Assembly: GCF_004010195.1 (NCBI RefSeq)
Contig: NC_057755.1
Coordinates: 1,167,306-1,231,305 of the forward strand
Length of the DNA: 64,000 bases
DNA from: Chiloscyllium plagiosum
Lineage: Eukaryota
Direction: 5' to 3'
Within the stretch, counting starts at the first letter, position 1. The number at the start of each line of letters is the position of its first letter. This document shows, piece after piece, positions 26,966 to 38,323 of this stretch. A model generated the notes under the pieces. That model did no database searches. It saw only the letters and a program-made list of their open reading frames with translations, and was not told where the DNA came from. The translations under genes and the position numbers were made by a program.

Positions 26966-27997
26966 AAGGTGCAGACAGTGGGCCATGGAGGAGGTCATTA
27001 TGGCTGATTGCCTGCCCCTCTTCCGACCTTACGTTCGAGCCTGGGTGTCTCTGGAGGTGGAGCACGCGGTGGCCACCAACATCCTTCAGCTGTTTAGGGA
27101 GAGGTGGACAACATAGGGAGTGGAGTGCATTATTTCCCCCTCCAACACTATTTTGATTTAATCACTGACATCTACTTCACTGTTTGACCATGTGGCATTA
27201 CCCTCTAAGAAGGGCTTGTCATTGGACACTTGGGTGTTTCCTTTCTTCCTGGAGGTGAAAATTGATTAAATGATTTGTAGACTTTGTGTCTTTCACTGTA
27301 TCTCACTCTTGCACACACACAACATAGGTGCTGGGGCAAAAGAAAAAAAGACGGTCAGAGGTTAGAAAAAAAAGGAAAAGTAGAAAAATTAACATAAACA
27401 GGAGATGCCCTCCCCTTCACAGTTTGATCAGAAAACATTGCCCTTGAAGAAGGGTGCTGCTTGTTATTGGCCACTCGGGCATTTCCTTTCTTCTTGGTGG
27501 TGGAAAATGAATACAAATTTCTACACCTTGTGTCTTTCACTGTGTTTAACACCTGCACACACACAATATTGATGTTGGGGAAAATATCAACACTGTTGCA
27601 AACAGGCAGCAGTGTCTGTGTTTAAAAAAATGAAAATGGAAAATAAACAGGTAATGCAGTGGAGTTCCCCAATGGAGGGCTCTCTACATGGGAGTCCTCC
27701 ACCTTTGTCTAGGGGATCTGGCATGGAATGTGCTGCATGCAGTGGTCCCTGCAACTGCAGATTGTAGTGGTTCACAGACTCCCAGCCAACTGCTTGCTCT
27801 GTGGTGCTGAGGAGTCCGTGGACCATGTATATATTGGGCGTGCGCTTGCAATCTCTTCTTGATTTTCTCAAAAACATTCTTCTGTTTTTGGTTGCACTTC
27901 AGTCCCACGCTCCTGATCTTTGAGGACACAGTTTGAAGGGGGAGGGCAGATCAGAGAACTTCTTCATGGGCCTGGCCAAAAACAGATCCAGGCAGCG

Positions 27998-28340
27998 AGG
28001 CAAGTGAGGACTGCAGATGCTGGAAACCAGAGTTTAGATCAGAGTGGTGCTGGAAAAGCACAGCAGGTCAGGCAGCACCTGAGGAGCAGGAAAATTGACA
28101 TTTCGGGGAAAAGCCCTTTATTAGGAATACAGGCAGGAAACCTCCAGGGTGGAGATATATGGGGGGATGGGATTACCTGTCCTACCTGCCAGTCTCCCTT
28201 CCCACCTATCTGCTCCACCCTCTCTTCTGACCTATCACCTCCATCCCCACACCCATTCACCTATTGTACTATTTGCTACCTTCTCCCCAGCTCCCCCCCA
28301 ACCCATGTTTCTCCCCTCCCCCATTTATCTCTCCACCCCA
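27998..28340. mobile_element. PLE-terminal-repeat-derived insertion in an array unit (copy 2)
   Basis: Same sequence layout and same insertion point as 26535-26965. Confidence 0.65.
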
Positions 28341-31300
28341 AGGTCCAGGCAGAGGGCCTTGGAGGAGGTCCTTATGGCCGATTGCTTGTCCCTCTTCCGA
28401 TGTTACGTTCGAGCCCGGGTGTGTCTGGAGATGGAGCACACGGTGGCCACCAACACCCTTCAGCTGTTCAGGGAGAAGTGGACAACGCAGGGAGTGGAGT
28501 GCATTATTTCCCCCATCCAACGTTATTTTGATTTAATCACTGCCATCCACTTCGCTGTTTGATCATGCAGCATTGCCATCTAAGAAGGGCACTGCTCGTC
28601 ACTGACTACTTGGGTATTTCCTTTCTTCCTGGAGCTGAAAATTGAATTAATGATTTGTAGCTTTTGTTCCCTTCACTGTGTCTCAGACCCACCCACACAC
28701 ATCATGGGTGCTGGGGACAGAGAAAAAAAAACCAAGAGGGTCAGAGATTACAAAAAAAAGAAAATAAACAAAAGATGCCTCCCTTTCATTGTTTGACCAT
28801 GTGGCATTGCCCTCTGGGAAGGGTACTGCTTGTCATTGACCACTTGGATACTTCCTTTCTTCCTGCTGGTGGAAATTGAATAAAGATTTGTACACCTCAT
28901 GGCGTTCACTGTGTGTCACACCTGCATACACACACGGGTGCTCGGGAAAATATGAGCACTATCGCAGTTAGGTGGTGCTGTGGGGATAAGGAAACAAATA
29001 AACAAACAGGAGTGTCAGGTGTTCTGAAGAACAGAAAAAAATAAATGGGAGATGCCCTCCCACTCAAAAAAAAAACAAAATAACCAGTAAATGGTGTGGA
29101 GATCCCCAATAGAGGCTTTTCTACACAGGGTTGCTCCCCCTTTCACTCAGGTATCTGGGGTGGAGGGTGCTTCCTGCAGTGGTCTCCTGCAACCGCAGAT
29201 TGCAGTGGTTCATGGACTCCCAGATCAACTACCGTTTTGATTTTCTTAAAAACCTTCTTCTCTGTTTTTCGTTGTACTACAGTCCCACACTCCTGATCTT
29301 TAGGCACCCTGAGCAAAGGGTGCAGGGCCGGTCAGAGGACCTCCTCGTGGATCTGTTCCTGGGCTTAGCCAAATAGGACATAAGCAGGCCCAGGCAGTGG
29401 GCCGTGGAGGGGGTCATTAGGTTCAATTGCTTTCCCCTCTTCCTGGTTTGAACACCCTTGAGAGCTGTTCAGGGAGGGGTGGGCACTACAGGGAGTGGAG
29501 TGCATTACCCTCCCCCCCCCCAATTCTATTTCGATTTAATCACTGCCATCCATTTCACTGCTTGATCATGCAGCATTGCCCTCTAAGAAGGGCACCGCTT
29601 GTCATTGGCCACTTGGGTGTTTCCTTTCTTCCTGGAGGTGAAAATCGATTAAATGATTTGTAGACATTGTGTTTTTCACTGTTTCTCACACCTGCACACA
29701 CACATGAGTTCTGGGGAAAAAGAAAAAAAAAACAAAAGGGTCAGAGGTTAGAAAAAAAAGAAAAAGTTGATAAAAATGACATAAACAGGAGATGCCCTCT
29801 CTTTCACTGTTTGAACACAGAGCATTGCCCTCTGAGAAGGTCACTGCTTGTCACTGGCCACTTGGGTATTTCGTTTCTTCCTGGTGGTGGAAATTAAATA
29901 ATAATTTGTTCTCTTTATGTCTTTCACTGGGTCTCACACCTGCACACATACAACATGGGTGCTGGTGAAAATATAAGCACTATCGCAGTTCGGTGGTAGA
30001 GTGGGAATAAGGAAAAAAAATAAGTAAACAGCAGTGTCAGGTGTTCTGAAGAACAGTCAAAAAATAAACAGGGATGCCCTCCCCTCCCACCCTTACAAAA
30101 AAAGAAAATAATGATGAAGTGGAGATCACCAATGGAGGCCTCTCTATGCGGGGGTCCTCCTTCTTTCTCTTGGAGATCTGGGATGGAGGATGCTTTCCGC
30201 GGCAGTGTCCTGCAACCACAGATTGCTGTGGTTCCCGGACTCCCAGCCCAACTGCTTGTGCTGTGGTCCTGTGGAGTCTGCAGACCATGTATATATTGGG
30301 TGTGGGTGCTTGCACTCCCTTTTAGATTTTCTGAAAAACCTTCTTCTTTGTTTTTGGTTGCACGTCAGTCCCATGCTCCTGATCTTTGGGCACCTGGAGT
30401 GAAGTGGGAAGGGCAGGCCAGAGGATGTCCTTCTGGATGTGCTCCTGAGCTTTGCCAAAATAGACATAAACAGATCCAGGCCATGGAGGGGGTTGTTAGA
30501 ACTGATTGCCTTCCCCTCTTCCCGGTTCCAGTCCGTGTGTCTCTGGAGGAGCACGTGGTATCCACCAGCACCCTTGAGCTGTTCACAGAGAGGTGGGCAC
30601 CACAGGGTGTGGAGTGCATTATTTCCCCCTCCAAATCTATTTTGATTTAATCCCTGCCCACCTCTTCACTGTTTGATCACGAAGCATGCTGTCTGAGAAG
30701 GGCACTGCTTGTCACTGGCCACTTGGGTGTTTCCTTTCTTACTGGTGATGGAAATTGAATAAAGATTTGCACACCCTGTGTCTTTCACTGTCTCACACCT
30801 ACACACACACAACATAGGTGTGGGGAAAATATAAGCACTACCGCAGCAGGTAGTAGTGTAGGGGTATAAGAAAAAATATCAATACGAGTCTCAGTGGTTC
30901 TGTTCACTCTAAGAGCTGGCTCTGAGGGAGCTGGATCAGTATCAAGGACTTTCTAAGAGAACAAAAACAGGAAATGCAGTGGAGATCCCAGTGGAGGGTT
31001 CTCTACGCTGGAGTCCTCCACCCTTTCGCTCGGGGATCTGGTGTGGAATGTGCTGCACACAGCCGTCCCCTGCCACCGCAGATTCCGATGGTTCACGGAC
31101 TCACAGCCGAACTGCTTGTTCTGTGGCGCTGTGGAGTCTGTGTACCATGTATATATTGGATGTGGGCGTTTGCACTCCCTTTTTGATATTCTCAAAACCC
31201 TTCTCCTCTCTTTTTGTTGCACTTTAGTCCATGCTTCTACTCTTTGGGCACCCGGTACTATGGAGGGAGGGTAGATCAGAGGACCGGGTGTCTCCTCCTA

Positions 31301-32249
31301 GGTTTGGCCAAACTGGCCATAAACAGGTTCAGGCAGCGGGTCATGGAGGGTGTCGTTGTGGCTGACTGCCTGCCCCTATTTCACAGTTATATGAGAGCCT
31401 GGGTGTCCCTGCAGAATTAGCACGCAGTTTCCACCAACACCTTTGAGATTTTCAGGGAAAGTTGGGCACGCAGGGAATGGAGTGCATTATTTCCCCTTCC
31501 AACTCTACTTTCATTTAATCACTGCCCTCTCCTTCACTGTTTGAGCATGAAACATTGTCTTCTGAGAAGGGTACTGCTTGTCACTGGTCACTTGGGTGTT
31601 TCCTTTCTTCCTGGTGGTGGAAGTTGAATAAGGATTTTACAGCTTGTGTCTTTCACCGTGTCTCACACCTGCACGCACACATGGGTGCTGGGGAAAATAT
31701 AAGCACTATCGCAGTTAGGCGCAAGTGTGGGGTTAAAAAAAAAATATAACTTGGTGGTTTAGAGTCTCTGCAGTTCAGAATCTCTGCAGTTTAGAGCACT
31801 GACTGTGCTGGCTGGTGCTACAGTCCCACGTGCTCCTGCTGCCTCTGAGGAGCAAAAGAGGAGTTTCTTTGTCTCTTCCCCTTTTGTTTCGGGAAGATTT
31901 TTTTTTGTTTGGGTTTCCGAATTGTTTGCTTGTGTTTATTTTTTCCGTATTTGGAGCTACACAGGCAGCCACCACTGGCCCCATGGGTGTTCCCTTTCTT
32001 CCTGGTTGTGGAAATTGAATAAAGATTTGCACAACTTGTGTCTTTCACTGTCTCACACTGCACACACACATGGGTGCTGGGGAAACTATAAGCACTACCG
32101 CAGTTAGACCATATTGTGGGGGTAAAGAAAACGGCGACAAAAAAAAAAACAGGTGAAAAACAGAAAATGGCCTGGGGTGTTTTATTTCTCCTGTTGATTC
32201 TAAGTTTGATTTAATCCCTGCCCTCTCCTTCACCTTTTTGATCTCTCAG

Positions 32250-32788
32250 TGTGGGATATAAATGAATTAATGTTATTTCTGCAAGTATTAATTCTGATAC
32301 AGAATGGGAATGAGAAAATACATATTCAGCAAAAAGAAAGCATGAGACGTGAATACAGAACAATGGTGGATATATGGGCAAACAGGAAAGCATCTGTTTC
32401 CCCCTTACACGGGGACACAGGAACAAACCCTAATCAAAGAGGTCAAAGTGGCCTCTGGATGGAAATAGATGCTGATAGAAGAAAAGATATGCCTAATCAA
32501 TAATCTATAATAGACTGACGTCAAACACCCTTATGGGAGTCAGAGATAAGAGTTTGTCACGGACAAAACAGGATAAACAGAAGTTGTGGGATAAGTCTTA
32601 AGGAAATGAGTAACGTAAGCGAAGCAGGGAACAAACAATGGAATAAGGAAAAATATGGGGATTCAAACTGTATAAATTTCGAGAGTTTGTTGGATTTGGT
32701 GTGCATTTTGTCATTACCTTACCTGGTAATGAGACAGGGCACCCACCTATAGGTGTATAAATAAAAAAGAAGCTGTTATTCAGATATT
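32250..32788 (+). mobile_element. LTR (5' portion, runs into an N-gap) inserted in an array unit
   Basis: Begins TGTGGGA directly after CTCAG (32245-32249). Has a TATAAATAAA motif near 32755. 32607-32788 recurs at 38101-38278. Confidence 0.65.
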
Positions 32789-32877
32789 NNNNNNNNNNNN
32801 NNNNNNNNNNNNNNNNNNNNNNNNNNNNNNNNNNNNNNNNNNNNNNNNNNNNNNNNNNNNNNNNNNNNNNNNNNNNN
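32789..32877. other. Assembly gap (N-run); other gaps at 37404-37423 and 48772-48819
   Basis: Runs of n in the sequence. Confidence 1.
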
Positions 32878-33295
32878 GATGCCTTTTAAATGTTGTAATT
32901 GTACCAGCCTCCACCACTTCTTCTGGCAGCTCATTCCACACACACACACACACACACCATCCTCTGCATAAAAAAGTTGCCCCTTAGGTCCCTTTTAAAT
33001 CTTTCCCCCTCACCCAAAACCTAAGCCATCTACTTCTGGACTCCCGCAGCCCAGGGAAAAGACCTTGTCTATTTATCCTATCCATTCCCCTCATGATTTT
33101 GTAAACATCTATAAAGTCACCCCTCAGCCTCCAATGCCCCGAGAGAAAAATAGCCCCAATCAATTCAGCCTCTCCCTGTAGCTCAATCCCTCCAACCTTG
33201 GCAGCGTCTTGTAAATCTTTTCTGAACCCTTTCAAGTTTCACAACATCCGTCCTATAGCAGAAAGCCCAGAATTGCATACAGTTTTCCAACAGTG
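32878..33295 (-). mobile_element. CR1 3' fragment
   Basis: RLRGDFIDVYKIMRGMDRINRQGLFP. Confidence 0.85.
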
Positions 33296-33371
33296 ATGTC
33301 ACTTATGTCCTCTCGGAAGAGAATTTTTAAAATATATTCACAACCATCATATTACTACAAGGAAATCAAGT

Positions 33372-33578
33372 TCGAGAGTGTAGTGCTGGAAAAGCGCAGC
33401 CGGTCAGGCAGCATCCGAGGACCAGGAGAATCGACGTTTCGGGCATAAGGATTCCTGATCAAGGGCTTCTGCCCGAAACGTTGATTCTCCTGCTCCTCAG
33501 ATGCTGCCTGACCTGCTGCGCTTTTCCAGCACTACACTCTCGACTCTGATCTCCAGCATCTGCAGTCCTCACTTTCTC
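33372..33578. mobile_element. ~200-bp palindromic element with a hammerhead-like core and a 15-bp TSD
   Basis: 33372-33543 is a near-perfect inverted repeat. Core CTGATCA-agggc-ttct-gccc-GAAAC at 33455-33479. Flanks are caaggaaatcaagtt (33358-33372) and caaggaagccaagtt (33579-33593). Confidence 0.75.
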
Positions 33579-34899
33579 CAAGGAAGCCAAGTTAGTTTGG
33601 CATGACTTTCCCATCGCAATTTGTTTTGGCTGTCCTTTATCAATCTATGCTTTTTCTGTTTTAAAAAGAAGTTTGTGGGATGTGATTGTTGCTAGCACGT
33701 TTGCTTACCATCCCTCATGGCCTTTGGACCAAGTAACTGACTACAGGCTGGAAGGCAGTTGAGAGTCAACCACATTGTAGTAGGTCTGGAGTCATATGGT
33801 GTGTACACACATGCGTGCAGGGTTAATATCCCTCCCTAAATAGGACAGTTTCACAAAGTCAGTAATGGTTGGAGAAACACAACAGTTCTGGCAGCATCTA
33901 TGAAGAGACGACAGTGTTAATGTTTTTGAGTCCAGTGGCCCTTCAAAACTTGGCTGGATTCAAAACATTAACTGTTTTCTCTCCACAGATGCTGCAATGT
34001 TGCCTTTCGTTTCTGATCTCCAACATCTCCCAATCATTGTTTTAGTCAATAATGGTTTCCTGGTTGCCAGGACTGAGGCAAACTTTTACTTCCAGATCTT
34101 TTTATTCGTTGAACATAAATTCTACTCGCTGCCATGATGGGATTTGAATGTTTGTCCTCAGAAAACCGAGATCTCTGGGTTACTCAACCAGTATCACTAG
34201 GCCACAGTCTTCCCTTCGGTGACAATTTTCTCCTGAATATTTCCCTCTATTCATTCGTGGGATGTGGCACCTTGTCTCCCAGAAAAACCAAGTGCCATTT
34301 CAGAGGGCAGTTAAGAGTCAACCACATTACTGTGGATCATTACTGTGGATTACTGAGGGACACATTCACCAAACCGGGGAAGGACTAAAGATTCCCTTCC
34401 TTAAAAAAGTTATTAGTGAACAAGATAGGTACCTATGACAATTGATAAGATCACCAAAGCAGCGATAAGCTTTATATTCTAGATATATTAATTGATTTCA
34501 AATTACATTGGGGCCAAAGCAGCAACAATTTGAAACTCCAGATGTTAAATCTAGTAACAATGCTAAAATGCCACCAACTCCCTACAATCTCTAAGTATCC
34601 CAACACTGACTGGCCTGAAGTTGCCAGTTGTATCCCTTTTCCATTTATTATTTACTATTTAATTCAGCCCATTGAGTCGACTCTGCCATTTATTCAGATC
34701 ACAATTGTTCTGGTAAACATCAACTCCATTTTCCTTACGTTTCCCCCTAATCCTCAATTCCCTTTCTGATTAAAAAAAATCTATCTTAGCTTTGAATGCA
34801 CTTAACAACCCAAGCTCAACAGCCCTCTGCAGTAACAAGTTCCACAGATTTACTGGCCTCAGGGGAAGTTCCTATCTATCCTAAACAATCCCTTATTTG

Positions 34900-35210
34900 G
34901 AGATTAGATTCGATTCCCTACTGTATGAAAACAGGCCCTTCGGCCCAACAAATTCACACTGACCCTCCGAAGAGTAACCCACCCAGATCCATTCCCCTAC
35001 AAAACACTATGGGTAATTTAGCATGGCCAATTCACCTGACCTGCACATCTTTGGACTGTGGGAGGAAACCGGAGCACCCGGAGGAAACCCACGCAGACAC
35101 CGGGGAGAATGTGCAAACTCCACACAGGCAGTCACCCGAGGTGGGAATCGAACCCAGCTCCCTGGCACAATGAAGCAGCGATGCTAACCACTGAGCCACC
35201 ATGCTGCCCT
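34900..35210 (-). mobile_element. HE1 (V-SINE), full length
   Basis: tRNA head with A/B boxes, V-domain, and a CR1-like tail ending in AATCT repeats. Confidence 0.9.
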
Positions 35211-35489
35211 CTGGTTATTCCCTCTGGTCCTAGACTCACCCACAGAGGTAAACTTTTCCACATTTAGCCAGTCAAGTCTCCTCAGAATCTTGTATGTGAC
35301 AATAAAGGTTACCTCTGGTTCTTCTAACTTCCACTAAGACAGGCCCAACCTATCCACTTTTCCTCCTAAGACATTCTTTCCATATCTGATATCATCCTGG
35401 TCAATCTTCTCTGGACTGCCTCCAATGCCAGTATATCTTTCCTTCAGTAAAGGGCCAAACTGGTGCCTTACATAGGTTCACTGCTTCTT

Positions 35490-36420
35490 TTTTTATATTA
35501 ATTTTTCTCCAAAAGTGACAGCAAAACAAGATGCAATCACAAGCAATAAACAAAATCTCAACCACCCTCCCTACGGCACAAACATCCCCCAAAAATATAA
35601 AGAAAAAACGACAAGCAACCATAATAAATATATCCACATACAAAGCACACAACATAATAATTTAAATCCGTAGTAAGATAACTGTATTAATAATACAAAA
35701 AGAAAACAAAACAAGAAAAAAAATCCCCACCACAGAAGACACATCAGTCTGGAACTGTTAAAAAGACAATACCATCAGCATATGAAATAAAAGGGTTCCA
35801 AATTTTCGTAAATTTGTTAGAGGAGCCAGATAAGGATAGTCTAATCTTTTCTAATTTAAGAAAGTATAAAACATCTCCAACCCAGTGTATATATGTAGGC
35901 GGAATTAGGGATTTCCATTATAACAAAATCTTCCGGCCAATAGATTAGTGAATGCTTTCATGTTTTTATTTTAAGAGGAAGGAAGATTTAAAGAGGGTGA
36001 CACCCCAAAAGAGCAGTATTAGCATTAGCAGTAAGATTTTTGCCAGATACCTTATATAAGGTGTCAAAGATATTAGTCCAATATCTACTTAAAGAAGGGC
36101 AAAGACAGAAGATGTGCATACAATTTGCTGGGGTCTGTTGAAAATGATCACAGTATGGAGAGACTTTGAGCTTTGGTGTACTGGGCGTGGTGTAGAATCT
36201 TGCATTGAATAAAACAATGTTTTGCACAGATAGCAATTCTGTGCATCCTTTGTAAAACCTCATCCCACACATCCAGAATTACCTCTTCAAGATCTGCCTC
36301 CCAGATAGCTTTAATAGAATCAAGAGAATCTGAGCATACTTTATGGATGTTTGAATAAATAGCCCCCTTTAATGAAGAAAGCAGTTCCAGAAAGATGTCA
36401 AAACCAGATCCATTAGGAAG
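35490..36420 (-). mobile_element. L1-clade LINE, ORF2 C-terminal fragment and 3'UTR
   Basis: IKAIWEADL..WDEVLQR..IQCKILH..CDHF..HIFCLCPSLSRYW, the L1 cysteine-rich C-terminus, followed by a T-rich UTR and an A-rich end. Confidence 0.75.
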
Positions 36421-36639
36421 CGCAGGGAAACCCTGACATAAACTGATGGACAAAACTGTGAACTTGGTGGTATCTAAAGAATGGATCTGGGATAAGGTGG
36501 GGGGGGAGGGGAAATGAGGAAACTGGTGAAAAGATTCTGGGTAATCCAAGATGGAGGACAGGAAACTGAGCAGTTTTAAAAGGGAGAAGAGCAGACAAAG
36601 GAAGCACATGGTGAGGTCAGTGCAGGAGAGAGAGAGAAC

Positions 36640-36726
36640 CTGAGGAAGGGCTGATGCCCGAAACGTCGATTCTCCTGCTGCTTGGATGCTGCCTGACCTG
36701 CTGCGCTTTTCCAGCAACACACTTTC
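36640..36726 (+). mobile_element. ~85-bp hammerhead-containing insertion with a 14-bp TSD
   Basis: CTGAGGA-agggc-tgat-gccc-GAAAC-GTC at 36640-36667. Direct repeat agagagagaacctg at 36629-36642 and 36727-36740. Confidence 0.7.
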
Positions 36727-36729
36727 AGA

Positions 36730-37750
36730 GAGAGAACCTGCACAGTTACTGCCTTTGCTGTTTTGAATTCATATATCGCTGGACATCGGAGTGTGCCTGG
36801 GAAAATTAACAAACAGTGGAATTCAAAACTAATCTTGGAGGAACTGGTTTGGGTGACGTTCACAGCACAGAATCAGATAAATTAATCGTTGTTTTAAGTG
36901 TGTCCAACAGAAAGGCTGCAGTAGTGAGTAGAGTGGGTTCTTTCTTGATTATATGTTTTTGGAGATATGTCTCTTGATTAAACTTAAAATATAAGCCATA
37001 ACTATTAATTTAATCTGGGGCAGTGTTTTGTAGGGGAATAAGACGGTGTTGTTTTCTGGGTCTGTAGATTGTGAAGGAGCAAAAAATGGCCTTTAGTACA
37101 GTGATATGTACTTCTTGTCAGATGTGGGAGTTTAAAGAGAGTTTAAGGGTTACTGTGGATTATATCTGCCATAAATGCTGTTGGATGAGAATCTTATCAG
37201 ATCAAATGGATTGGCTGGAGAGACAGATAGCAGCGATGAGGAATTTGCAACAGCAACAGTATGTGATGGATGGCAGTTATGGGAGGGGGGCAAGTCTCAG
37301 ATACAGTCACATAGATGGGTTAACTCCAGAAAGGGTAAGAGAGGTAGGCACCAAGGGCAGGAGTCTTTTGTGGATATACCCATTTCAAACAGGTATGCTG
37401 TTTNNNNNNNNNNNNNNNNNNNNCCACATTGGAACCAACGATATAGGAAGGGAAAAGGTTGAGATACTGAAGGGAGATTACAGGGACCTCGGCAGAAATT
37501 TAAAAAGGAGGTCCTCGAGATTAATATCTGGATTACTCCCTGTGCTATGAGCTAGTGAGGGCAAGAATAGGAGGATAGAGCAGATGAATGCATGGCTGAG
37601 GAGCTGGTGTATGGGAGAAGGATTCACATTTTTGGATAATTGGAAGCTGTTTTGAGGTAGTAATGACCTGTACAAGAAGGACAGATTGCACCTAAATTGG
37701 AAGGGGACTAATATACCGGCAGGGAAATTTGCTCGAGCTGCTTGGGAAAT
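36730..37750 (+). mobile_element. CR1 5'UTR + ORF1 fragment
   Basis: VICTSCQMWE..YICHKC, HIGTNDIG, ISGLLPV and LHLNW. Confidence 0.85.
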
Positions 37751-37859
37751 GCGCAAAAGTGAGGACAGCAGATTCTGGAGATCAGAGCCTAGATTAGAGT
37801 AGTGCTGGAAAAGCACAGCAGGTCAGGCAGCATCTGAGAAGCAGGAAAATTGACATTTC

Positions 37860-38090
37860 GTGCTCAGTGGTTAGCACAGCTGCGTCACGGTGCCAGGGAC
37901 CCGGGTTCAATTCCCGCCTCGGGCAACTCTCTGTGTGGAGTTTGCACATTCTCCCGTGTCTGCGTGGGTTTCCTCCGGGTGCTCCGGTTTCCTCCCACAG
38001 TCCAAAGATGTGCAGGGTCAGGTGAATTGGCCGTGCTAAATTGCCCATAGTGTTAGGTGCATTAGTCAGGGGTTAATATAGGGGGGTGGC
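37860..38090 (+). mobile_element. HE1 (V-SINE), truncated
   Basis: GCTCAGTGGTTAGCAC..GGGTTCAATTCC followed by the V-domain. Confidence 0.88.
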
Positions 38091-38100
38091 TTTCTCTTTG

Positions 38101-38323
38101 TGAGTGACGTAAGCGAAGCAGGGAACAGACAATGGAATAAGGAAAAATATGGGGATTCAAACTGTATAAATTTCGAGAGTTTGTTGGATTTGGTGTGCAT
38201 TTTGTCATTACCTTACCTGGTAATGAGACAGGGCACCCACCTATAGGTGTATAAATAAATGGCGGATTCAGATATTTGTCTCGGACTGAAATTATTAAAG
38301 TGAGTGAGCTTTTGTTTCTCACA
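38101..38323 (+). mobile_element. LTR 3' portion (same LTR as 32250)
   Basis: Ends TCTCACA, followed by CTCAG (38324-38328), a 5-bp TSD matching 32245-32249. Confidence 0.7.

Larger units (their letters stand above)
16995..32249 (+). repeat. Head-to-tail array of Tx1/L1-clade retrotransposon 3' ends (~16 long units of ~0.5-0.8 kb plus 3'UTR-only short units)
   Basis: Recurrent frame-broken peptide GDPQWRALYAGVLP..LHAAVPCN..CLFCGAVESVDHVYIGC..LLLGLAKLAINRSR..FRERW..ECIISPSNSILI* (CCHC zf-RVT-type C-terminus). Each is followed by a conserved 3'UTR with AATAAA, a hairpin and an A-rich tail. Long units start near 17075, 17890, 18670, 19510, 20340, 21070, 21700, 23040, 24125, 24895, 25425, 26230, 27645, 29085, 30115 and 30965. 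Confidence 0.88.

Noticed and set aside
16995..32249. Array as a functional zinc-finger gene cluster
   Set aside because: The units I read carry different frameshifts, stops or deletions, with no consistent start codon or splice structure.
16995..32249. CRISPR-like repeat-spacer array
   Set aside because: Eukaryotic context, the units are homologous retroelement pieces rather than unique spacers, and there are no cas genes.
34900..35210. tRNA genes in HE1 heads
   Set aside because: The A/B boxes run into the V-domain and a LINE-like tail, so these are SINEs.
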